In this document: positions 45,535 through 53,855 of the stretch, piece after piece | How positions within the stretch are numbered: the stretch's first letter is position 1 | How the letters are laid out: each line of letters starts with the position of its first letter | DNA from: an uncultured cyanobacterium | Lineage (GTDB): Bacteria > Cyanobacteriota > Cyanobacteriia > Cyanobacteriales > CAWUOF01 | NCBI GenBank assembly: GCA_963744145.1 | Contig: CAVUSO010000001.1 | Span: forward strand, 7,570,711 to 7,634,710 | Length of the DNA stretch: 64,000 bases | Direction: 5' to 3' | Position numbers and translations under genes: made by a program | Notes under the pieces: generated by a model | What the model was told of the DNA's origin: nothing | Database searches by the model: none | What the model saw: only the letters and a program-made list of their open reading frames with translations

Positions 45535-46386
45535 ATGACATTTCAACTGCTACCAATAACCATTATGTCGGGGCTGATCTTATCTATTTTCTCGACGATC
45601 GCGATCGCTGACTCACCAACTCTATATGTCAACCCTAAACTAGGAAATGACTCTAATAGTGGACAAAGTGAAGGAAATCCTTTACAAACCATTACTAAGG
45701 CTGTGCAAAAAGCCCAACCTGGAACAACTATTATTCTAGCACCTGGACAATATAGTAATGGTGAAAAATTTCCGCTCATCTTAGAAGGGATCACGATCAA
45801 GGGTAATGAAAACGAAAAAGGTCAAGGAATAACTATTATCGGTGGAGAAGATGAAGGTGAAGGTAACGATTACATAAGTCGTACTTTTGGAGGTCAAAAT
45901 GTAACTATTGTCGCTGGGGAAAATAGTGGAGTTTTTGGTGTTACTGTCACTAATCCCTACACAAGAGGAACTGGTATATGGACTGAAGAAGGTCATGCTA
46001 TTATTCGCAATAACACCTTTATTAATAATAAACTTGACGGCGTTTTTATGGCAGGTAATGCAGCACCTCAAGTTGAAAACAATCTTTTTCAAAACAATGA
46101 TGCTGAGGGAATTTCTGTTACTGGAACAGCTAAGGGTGAGATTCGTGAGAATATCTTTGATCATACTGGTTATGGGCTCTATCTTTGTCAAAAATCTAGT
46201 CCATTAATAGAAAATAATCAAATTCGTAGCAATCACACTGGTATCATCATCTATGATAATGCTAGCCCTCTACTACGCGGCAATTCTTATGAACATAATA
46301 TTTATAATGATATTGTAATCAAAGATAAAGCCAAGCCAGATATTCAAGATCGCAATCTGGAAAAGCCCCTGAAGCCTGTTCTATAA
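45535..46386 (+). CDS. secreted DUF1565 / parallel beta-helix protein
   Basis: Signal peptide (AIA), LYVNPKLGND, PLQTITKA, LAPGQYS..GEKFPL, YISRTFGGQNVTI, NosD-like repeats. Confidence 0.82.
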   Translation: MTFQLLPITIMSGLILSIFSTIAIADSPTLYVNPKLGNDSNSGQSEGNPLQTITKAVQKAQPGTTIILAPGQYSNGEKFPLILEGITIKGNENEKGQGITIIGGEDEGEGNDYISRTFGGQNVTIVAGENSGVFGVTVTNPYTRGTGIWTEEGHAIIRNNTFINNKLDGVFMAGNAAPQVENNLFQNNDAEGISVTGTAKGEIRENIFDHTGYGLYLCQKSSPLIENNQIRSNHTGIIIYDNASPLLRGNSYEHNIYNDIVIKDKAKPDIQDRNLEKPLKPVL

Positions 46387-46529
46387 AAGTCAAAGGATAG
46401 GTAAATTGTTAGCTAGTAACATTTATCTATTTAAAGCGATCGCACTTGAGCAAATAAACTAATAAAATGCGATCGCTGTAACCAATGCAAAAATAATCTA
46501 TTTTCCTAATAATTTCCACCCATATCTAA

Positions 46530-46986
46530 ATGATGAAATTACTTTTGAGCTACTTAGCAAGTTTAGCTATTTTAGTCGCGGGTAATACCCTCGCACAAGA
46601 ACCTCCAGATCACGATTTTTCTGCCTTAGAAAAAGCTATTGTTGAAGAAACTAATCAAGCTAGAATGAATCCTACATCCTATGCAGACTTAATGTTTAAG
46701 AGATAAACAACTAACCCATGAGGGCTGTGATGGTAGTAATATTGGTGAACGTCTCAATCATTATGGTTCGTTCTTAATCCCCGCTGGAGAAAATATTGCG
46801 GCTGGTTCCCAAACAGCTCAAGATGTCGTCATGCAATTAATTATTGATGATGGAGTTCCTGATCGTGGTCATCGCGAAAATATGTTTGATCCAAAATTCC
46901 AAGTAACAGGTGTCGCTTGTAATGTTCAAATCAAATATAAAACTGTTTGTGTAATTGACTATGCGGTAGGATACAAAGATAAGTAA
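46530..46986 (+). pseudogene. CAP/SCP-domain secreted protein, internally deleted
   Basis: Signal peptide + ETNQARMNPTSYA, stop, then GENIAAG..QLIIDDGVPDRGHRENMF..GVAC..CVIDYA. Confidence 0.75.
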
Positions 46987-47082
46987 GGAGTCGAGTAGAG
47001 ACGTTCGATCAGAACTTCTCTGGGGCAATGAGCAGAGGGAGTAAGAATTTCGTGACGATCAATGTAGACTATGATGGAACGG

Positions 47083-47163
47083 TTTTTTCCAGATTTTGGA
47101 AATTAATTTACCAGAAAAGGTAAAGCCAAAGCCAGTTCTGATCTGATATTATCTATTTTATGC
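47083..47163 (+). promoter_or_regulatory. short variant of promoter module (upstream of response regulator)
   Basis: TTTCC-AGATTTT-GGAAA and TTTACC-AGAAAA-GGTAAA palindromic boxes; homologous to 51934-52012. Confidence 0.65.
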
Positions 47164-47180
47164 TAGGCTAGGAGGAAATT

Positions 47181-47852
47181 ATGATGAGTGAAAATTTAAT
47201 GGAATGGGACAAGCTGAAAATTTTGATCGTTGAAGACCATACCCTAGTTTTGGCTAAAACCCAGGAAATCTTAACTAATAACTATCCCCAGGCAAAAATT
47301 GTTGAAGCTACAACTTTACAAACTGCCCAGCAAGAGTTAGAAATTAATCAATTTGACTTAGTTATTGTTGATATTTCCATTCCGGAAAAATTAGGGGCAA
47401 AAGCTCGACCTCAATATGGGATTCAACTTCTGAGGAGTTTAATGGAAAAATATCCTACCATCAATATTGTCGTCCAAAGTGGTGATATTCAACCATTAAT
47501 GTTAATTAAAAATCTTATTGATAATCACCAAGGGGGTTTTGCGATCGTTGGTAAAGATCTTCCTACCGCAGATATAGAGAGATCAGTAAAAATAGCAATT
47601 GCTGGGGGGATTCATACTCCTAAAGAAATGAAATTGAGATTAGAATTAAAGCCAGAATGGCTTTTAGTTCTGCAATTGGCTAGTGAAGAAGCCTTAACGG
47701 ATAAGGGCATAGCTAAAAAAATAAATGTATGTGAAAAGACTGTGCGTAATTATTGGAATCATATTTATAATGCTTTGCAAATTTATGATGATGCGGATCA
47801 AAATATTCGAGTTCAAAGCATAAATATGGCGCGAAAACGTGGAATTATTTAA
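47181..47852 (+). CDS. NarL/LuxR-type response regulator
   Basis: ILIVEDH, DLVIVDISIP receiver; C-terminal HTH LTDKGIAKKINVCEKTVRNYW; AGGAGG RBS. Confidence 0.88.
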   Translation: MMSENLMEWDKLKILIVEDHTLVLAKTQEILTNNYPQAKIVEATTLQTAQQELEINQFDLVIVDISIPEKLGAKARPQYGIQLLRSLMEKYPTINIVVQSGDIQPLMLIKNLIDNHQGGFAIVGKDLPTADIERSVKIAIAGGIHTPKEMKLRLELKPEWLLVLQLASEEALTDKGIAKKINVCEKTVRNYWNHIYNALQIYDDADQNIRVQSINMARKRGII

Positions 47853-48163
47853 GAAAACTTAAATATCGGATTTGATCATGTCAATGAAAGAAAAATTTCT
47901 CAAAGTTTTGCTCATGTCAAAGAGCTGATGCTGGGGGGAACCAAATTCTGCTTAATTTTAGAAGTAGTCCTTTTCGGATTAAATCTATGAATGATATCGA
48001 AACTGATGAATCTAAGTATGACCAAGATGATTCTATAGCGACCAAAATGATCGCGATGGGAAAATCTAATCCATTTGAGAATAAATACGAGCTGAATTTA
48101 TTATGATCAATGCGATCGCATCTATAATATAATCAAGATAGATGAAACTGAGACAATAGATAT

Positions 48164-48661
48164 ATGAGACGAGACTCAATATTTTATAAACTATTCCAAC
48201 AGTCACCCACATTATTGTTCGATTTACTGCCCAAACCCCCTGGGAATGCCCCAGAAGTAAGTAGTGCTATAATAGAGATGATTACCACAATTATGGTCTA
48301 CAAATTTACTCATGTAAGTAAACAGGAGGTTTTAGCAATGTTGGGAATAGAGTTACAGGAAACAAGATTGTATCGTGAAATTAAAGAAGAAGGACAACAA
48401 GAAGGACGAATTGAAGGACGAATTGAAGGACGAATTGAAGGACGAATTGAAGGACGAATTGAAGGACGAATTGAAGGACGACAACAGGAAGCAGCTACTC
48501 TGGTTCTTCGTCTTTTGTTGCGCCGTGTGGGAGAATTATCAAAGGATCTCAGAGAACGTATTTCCCATCTATCCTTATCTAGGTTAGAAGACTTAAGTGA
48601 AGCATTGTTGGATTTCCAGCGTTTGGATGATTTATTAGCTTGGTTAGATACTCACCCCTGA
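48164..48661 (+). pseudogene. Rpn/DUF2887-DUF4351 protein with internal deletion
   Basis: MRRDSIFYKLFQQSP N-terminus joined directly to C-terminal IIEMITTIMVYKF..LEDLSEALLDF; nuclease core absent; 12-bp gaaggacgaatt x6 repeat. Confidence 0.65.
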
Positions 48662-48709
48662 TAACCTTGATTTTTCTTCTTTAGTTTGACAATTGCGATC
48701 GCAATTCCC

Positions 48710-49006
48710 TCACCACGCGATCGCAATAGAAAGAGCTAATCTATTTGAGAATTCCCATTTAGCTTGATCTAGATTGAAATCTGGTGGAATGGGTGTAGCA
48801 TTTTCAAATAACCCATCAAATGCTTTTATTCTAGATTTTATCTTTGGTGTTTCTAAAAGTAATTCATTTGCTAAGATTGCATTTTTATCAGTTTCAGTAG
48901 ATTGCCAGACTATCCCTTCCACATCTCCGGGGAGTAAATTCACAGTTTCAGTAATCAATCAATTACCAGTTAAATCAATTTTTCCTTTGAGTTTGTATGC
49001 TTGCAT
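48710..49006 (-). pseudogene. small hypothetical gene with in-frame stop
   Basis: MQAYKLKGKIDLTGN*LITETVNLLPGDVEGIV; TGA at 48959-48961. Confidence 0.55.
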
Positions 49007-49050
49007 AATATTTTTCCGATCACTCTCTTTTTAGATTAGATCAGATTTAA

Positions 49051-49211
49051 TACCATTTTTCTGTAATGCTGCACTTAATAAATACTTTTTTTTGACGAAC
49101 CACGACCGGCACAGAGGACGCAGAGGGAGGTAGATCCAAATAACGAGCGCGAGCGAGAAATTGAGTTATGCAAGAGAGGTTTATTAAGTGCAGTTTCATA
49201 GAAAAATGGTA
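49051..49211. mobile_element. 161-bp MITE with 3-bp TAA target duplication (IS5-like)
   Basis: About 32-bp imperfect TIR TACCATTTTTCT....CTGCACTTAATAAA; TAA on both flanks. Confidence 0.75.
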
Positions 49212-49374
49212 TAAGTAGTTTGACATAAATAAACAATGTTGTTTAAAGAAATAGTAAGCAGATTATCGGACAAAGATAGAAAGGTAATCCCTTCAATACC
49301 CCACCAGTAGGAGCGAAGTAATTGGGTTTTCCAATTTTCGGTAAAAGTGTTTCCAAACATAGTAAGTCATCTTT

Positions 49375-50846
49375 CAATACGGTTCGGTTAAGCTTTAAGC
49401 AGTATTGAGGATAGAAAAATTGAGGGTTTCATGTTTAACTCCCTGACCTCTATGAATTGGTTTCTTGGATGGAAATTTGGCGCGAGTTTTTTTAATAACA
49501 CGAGGGTTACTTCTACCTTCACGTTTGGGAATTGGTTCATCCAAAATTTCCCTGATCAACCAACTAAAAAAAAGGGGAAATTCTTCTGGTTGAAGGCGCT
49601 GAAATTTGGGAATAGCACGACGGACAACATTGAGAGTACCAGTAAAACTCAATCGTAAAGGGGAGATGTGAGCAGAGGTGGCCGCGGTCAACATGAGAGA
49701 ACGAACCGCCCAATGTCCGAGGAGCCAACCATAAATTTCCTGAACCACTTCACGGGGATGAAGAGAACGAATCAGAGTTTTACGTCCCAATTGATGAACC
49801 TTCAATTCATCGATAGTATTTTCAACTTCCCAACGACGATGATATTCTGTGGCTAATAATAAAGCTGGAAATAAAGCGATGTCCGTCAAACTGGTAATCA
49901 GACGGTAAGTTTGTGCTTCGCCATTATCAATAGTGTATTCAATGACTCGAACCATAATTTTGGTCATGCCCTGTTTTTTCGACTTGCCGTCGGGAGCAAT
50001 CCAGGAGAGATAGGAACCATCATCCAATACCTGCTCCACAGGAAATTTAACATTTTTGGGGATGCGTCCCAAATAATCACATTTTTGGGACAAGGTGGCT
50101 TGCACCATTGCATAAGAATGCAATCCACGATCCCACATTAATAACATTCCAGTGGTGACTGACCGTAGTAACCTTTTCACTCTGACTCGCTCACCGATTC
50201 GGTAAGGGCAGATCAAGGCATCTACAATTAAATGTGTTCCTGCTTCAATCAATAGAACCAAACGCACCTTGGGAAACGCGGCTCTAGTTCCAGGACGACT
50301 AGCTGGATATCCAAATACTCTGGCATTTGTGTCGCTATCTGGCACATCAAACACTGTTCCATCTACAGCCATAATTCGCTTTTCACCTAAAAAAGCCCCT
50401 GGGGTTTCCCTAGTAGCCTGTGGTCTAACTACTATGTGAAACAGATGCCGCATTACCCCTGCACCTACTCGCTGTCTAGCTTCTGTAATTGATGATTTAC
50501 ATGGTATTCGCCAATAATAACTAACTCTGACCCATGCTTCATTTAAGCCATCAACCAGATTTTTCAACACTGTCCTCATTGACCCCCTAGACCATAGACT
50601 CATCCCAATGATTAGACAGATAACCAGATGCGTTGGTAATGCTCTTTGTCGTTCCTCTTTTCTATTGGTATCTTCAATGGCTTTTTCAATTGCTGTCGAT
50701 GGAATCGCTGTTTCTAACGCTTTGAGGATCATCCCTGATTCGACCACAGGTGATATTACAGTGAATTCTTTGAGCTGCATTCCTACTCATTCCATTTAGG
50801 TGACACTTTCATTTTACCTGATTTTTAGCTTAACCGAACCGTATTG
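49375..50846 (-). mobile_element. complete IS4-family insertion sequence (1472 bp)
   Basis: TIRs CAATACGGTTCGGTTAAGC / GCTTAACCGAACCGTATTG; 10-bp TSD AGTCATCTTT at 49365-49374 and 50847-50856. Confidence 0.93.
49395..50780 (-). CDS. IS4 family DDE transposase
   Basis: AVDGT, LMWDRG, YHRRWEVENTIDELK (YREK motif); intact 461 aa. Confidence 0.93.
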   Translation of the reverse strand: MQLKEFTVISPVVESGMILKALETAIPSTAIEKAIEDTNRKEERQRALPTHLVICLIIGMSLWSRGSMRTVLKNLVDGLNEAWVRVSYYWRIPCKSSITEARQRVGAGVMRHLFHIVVRPQATRETPGAFLGEKRIMAVDGTVFDVPDSDTNARVFGYPASRPGTRAAFPKVRLVLLIEAGTHLIVDALICPYRIGERVRVKRLLRSVTTGMLLMWDRGLHSYAMVQATLSQKCDYLGRIPKNVKFPVEQVLDDGSYLSWIAPDGKSKKQGMTKIMVRVIEYTIDNGEAQTYRLITSLTDIALFPALLLATEYHRRWEVENTIDELKVHQLGRKTLIRSLHPREVVQEIYGWLLGHWAVRSLMLTAATSAHISPLRLSFTGTLNVVRRAIPKFQRLQPEEFPLFFSWLIREILDEPIPKREGRSNPRVIKKTRAKFPSKKPIHRGQGVKHETLNFSILNTA

Positions 50847-50856
50847 AGTCATCTTT

Positions 50857-50994
50857 CCCCAAATGCTATTGAACCTATTAAGGTGAAATTTTAAGATGTT
50901 TAACAAGAAGAAAGCAGTTAAGTAATTAACAAGTTTCTTTGCCCATGTAGTCACAATTCTGATGTAATTTTTACCCAAAACTGAGGTATCAATC
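50857..50994 (+). promoter_or_regulatory. promoter module copy B, downstream half (upstream boxes at 49327-49374, split by IS4)
   Basis: TTGAAC(50869)-17nt-TAAGAT(50892); near-identical to copies D and E once the IS is removed. Confidence 0.72.
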
Positions 50995-51285
50995 ATGAAA
51001 TTATTTCCCTCTAAATCAACCATTTTTCTACTTCTATTAGGTTCTCTTGGCAGCTCCGTTTTTAGTCTTCCCGCTCATGCTAATGAGGTTCGTTCATTTC
51101 CCGATGGCTTTCGTCCGATTCATCATCAAGAGGATGCGATCGCGATCAGAAAGCCGAAATTTGTAGCTCCAAACCGGGCTTATGAGCAAAGGGATGTAGT
51201 CAAAAATCGCGGCTGTTACAGACAGATGGATCGGTGTGTAGAAAATCAAGATCGTAATTGGGGTTTCCGACGTTATACCAATTAA
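50995..51285 (+). CDS. small secreted protein
   Basis: GAGG RBS; Sec signal peptide ending PAHA; two Cys near C-terminus. Confidence 0.7.
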   Translation: MKLFPSKSTIFLLLLGSLGSSVFSLPAHANEVRSFPDGFRPIHHQEDAIAIRKPKFVAPNRAYEQRDVVKNRGCYRQMDRCVENQDRNWGFRRYTN

Positions 51286-51519
51286 CTATGAAATTGCACT
51301 TAATCTGAGGTTGATCTGTTAGGCCAGGGCAGGTTTATAATGGTGATCTGTTGGTGGCAGAATTAACTGGTGAACCTGCCCCTACCAATTTTATCCTCTA
51401 TTTGCGGGTTTTTGTAGGGGTGGGTTCACCGAGATGTTTGACATTTACCTACTAATCATCAAAACCCACCCTCACCCACAGATCAATATACATCAATGTA
51501 TCTTCATGGTGAATTGGTA
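51276..51519. mobile_element. 244-bp MITE with 3-bp TTA target duplication, carrying two REP-like hairpins
   Basis: TIR TACCAATT.AC.ATGAA related to the 49051 element; TTA on both flanks; internal agggcaggtt..aacctgccccta and gtaggggtgggtt..aacccaccc. Confidence 0.72.
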
Positions 51520-51584
51520 TTAGGATTAACCTGACTTCCATATTCATGGTAATTCTCTCAATTATGGCCCGACGCTTTAATTGT

Positions 51585-51780
51585 TAATTCCATTGATGAC
51601 GATTTTTTGAGAGACGCGATCGCACTTCTTGGTTCCTCCACTATAGATGGCGATCGCGTCTCTTTCCTGAAATATGATCAACAATAGGTCGTAAGATATG
51701 ATGACTCAAGCTAAGTTATTTCAAGTCTGATGGTGGTAGTCGCTATACCAATGGTGACATGATCCGCTCAGAAAACCTTA
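51585..51780. repeat. about 196-bp duplicated non-coding segment (copy at 61975-62171)
   Basis: High identity between copies; contains GAGACGCGATCGC..GCGATCGCGTCTC stem. Confidence 0.85.
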
Positions 51781-51933
51781 ACTATATTTAAAATCTCAGG
51801 ATATTGATCCCCATAACCGACCTAACCTTTAATCATAGTTTGGTCATCAGCGATCGCCTGAGAGGGTCAATGCTACTGCTCAAGCATATAGGAATAGTCT
51901 CAGAGCTGGAAGGATGGACTATTAGGGAAGGGA

Positions 51934-52012
51934 TTTTTCCATATTTTAGAAATTAATTTACCAAAAAAGGTAAAGCCAAAGCTAGGACTGATGCTTTATT
52001 ATGTATTTTATG
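51934..52012 (+). promoter_or_regulatory. short variant of promoter module (upstream of DUF928 gene)
   Basis: TTTCC-ATATTTT-AGAAA, TTTACC-AAAAAA-GGTAAA; homologous to 47083-47163. Confidence 0.65.
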
Positions 52013-52070
52013 AAAATATTCTTGGGCTATAATTTGTAACTGTAGATAATGAGCAGGAGTAATTTAGTTT

Positions 52071-52988
52071 ATGAAACGAGCTTTCTGGTTGTCCAATAAA
52101 TTTTTTAACTATCAACTACTGATCATTTGTATCGTTAGTTTATCTCTAGCCATCTCCAAGGTTGCTTTGGCTGAATTTCAACCACCAACTGATCCTTCTT
52201 CGCCAACAGATAACAACACAGGTTCATCAGGTCATAGAACTGGTATTTGTGATGCCAATAGTGAAACCGAATTAACATTATTAAGTCCTATCGATCCGAT
52301 CATATATGTGGAGCAAGTGAATTCTAATGAGATAACATTCGCTTGGTTTGTTCCTAGTCAACTCTAAACCTCTAGTCTAACCTCTGATAAAACACCTACG
52401 ATGGAATTTAACCTTTATCGGATTTCTGATGGAAAAAATTATCTCATCCCATTGAAGACGAATTTACAATTTTCTCCAGGAATTATGACAATGACAGTTT
52501 CTATACCCAAGGAGCAGTTGTTAGTTGGCAAGAGATATCGAGTGCAAGTGGCAATTCACTGTAACCCTGATATAGCATCTGAGTACCTGGAAGTGACAGC
52601 ACAGCTAGATGTTAAACCTGTACAACCTGATTTGATCAGTAAAATTGCTCAAACTACAGACTCTTTACAGAGAGCAGATATCTTTGCAAAAGCTGGTTTA
52701 TGGAATAATGCTGTTACCGAAGCTTTAACGGCTAAAGATCAAGAGGAGTCGAAGGTAAAACAATACCTAGTAACTCTATTAAAAGATTTAAAAGGAATAG
52801 AGGAGGAAAAGTTAAAGGAAAAATTTCCAAATATTGAAAAAGAAAATTTAGAAACTTTCTGTGATGCGATCGCTGATGATCAAACATCTTTAAAAGATAT
52901 TTGTTATCAAGTTAAAGCATTAACTAAAATTATCCAAACTCAGGCATTGCTTTCTGCTGCGATCGTGCGCTCATCAGCTCATCAATAA
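52071..52988 (+). pseudogene. DUF928 family secreted protein interrupted by one in-frame TAA (52365-52367)
   Basis: Signal peptide, FQPP..GSSGHRTGIC, TFAWFVP, GKRYRVQVAIHC, FAKAGLWNNA; both ORFs in the same frame. Confidence 0.75.
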
Positions 52989-53150
52989 AATTAGGTACGT
53001 TGTTGGGATGAAAGCCCTTTTATGCGATCGCAACCTAGGGAGAGATGGTAATTAGGTTGGTAGGTTTTTTGATTCTTCAGAAGAGCGCTGAAGCACAATA
53101 ACATACCGATATTTATTATTCTAGATAATTTTCTCAATTTTTGAATTAAT

Positions 53151-53275
53151 TTTTCCTATTTTCGGTAAAAGTATTTCCCAAGATAGTAAATCATCTTTCT
53201 TAAAACCTCCTTGAAAACGATTAGGTTCAAATCTACTATGTTTAACAAGAAGAAACGAGTTAAGTAATATCAAAT
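53151..53275 (+). promoter_or_regulatory. promoter module copy C (upstream of Cys-rich gene and TPR-CHAT gene)
   Basis: Same boxes; TTGAAA(53211)-17nt-TACTAT(53234). Confidence 0.7.
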
Positions 53276-53438
53276 TTATCCAGTAATGCTACACATTAAT
53301 AAAATTGGTATTAACTAATTCCTGATTGAGTAAGCAGAGAATAGGAGAACAAATATGTTTGATGAAAGTTTAGATTTGTTTTAAAACAGCATTTAACTAA
53401 TTGCCCCTAAGAACAGCCATAATCATCAGGAAATAAAT

Positions 53439-53825
53439 ATGACTTGCCCTTTTTTAAAAGACCATCCAAACGTAATTACTCCCATTTGTCAATTTGTCGA
53501 ATTTGATGAAACCTCGTCCAGCAGAGTGCGAATTTACTATTGCAAGTGCTGCGGTCAAACTAATGAAATAGATTTGGACGCATTAAGTCACAAACATAAT
53601 TCCCAAACAATCGCATTCTTCGGCATTTTCTTAATTGCATTTGTCATTATCATTACAGTTAATACCCAATATGTTGTCACTCCTACCAGTGAATCCCATC
53701 CTTCTCAACATCACCGATCGCCCTGGTCAGGTACTGGTAGTTGTAGTAAAAATGATGGAGATCCTAATCTAAATTGCCCTCCGTCGAGTTTATTAAAAAA
53801 TTCGGTAATGACCAACTTTGATTAG
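53439..53825 (+). CDS. Cys-rich (possible Zn-ribbon) single-pass membrane protein
   Basis: N-terminal C..C..CKCC, TM IAFFGIFLIAFVIIITV. Confidence 0.65.
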   Translation: MTCPFLKDHPNVITPICQFVEFDETSSSRVRIYYCKCCGQTNEIDLDALSHKHNSQTIAFFGIFLIAFVIIITVNTQYVVTPTSESHPSQHHRSPWSGTGSCSKNDGDPNLNCPPSSLLKNSVMTNFD

Positions 53826-53855
53826 TTATAATTTATTAGGATTGATGGAGGAGTT

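Noticed and set aside
48375..48587. KDEL-repeat ORF
   Set aside because: Alternate frame of the 12-bp EGRI repeat in the Rpn/DUF4351 gene.
50814..51023. Similar short ORFs at 50814, 60944 and 61563 as a peptide family
   Set aside because: They are translations of the repeated promoter module, with inconsistent frames and starts between copies.
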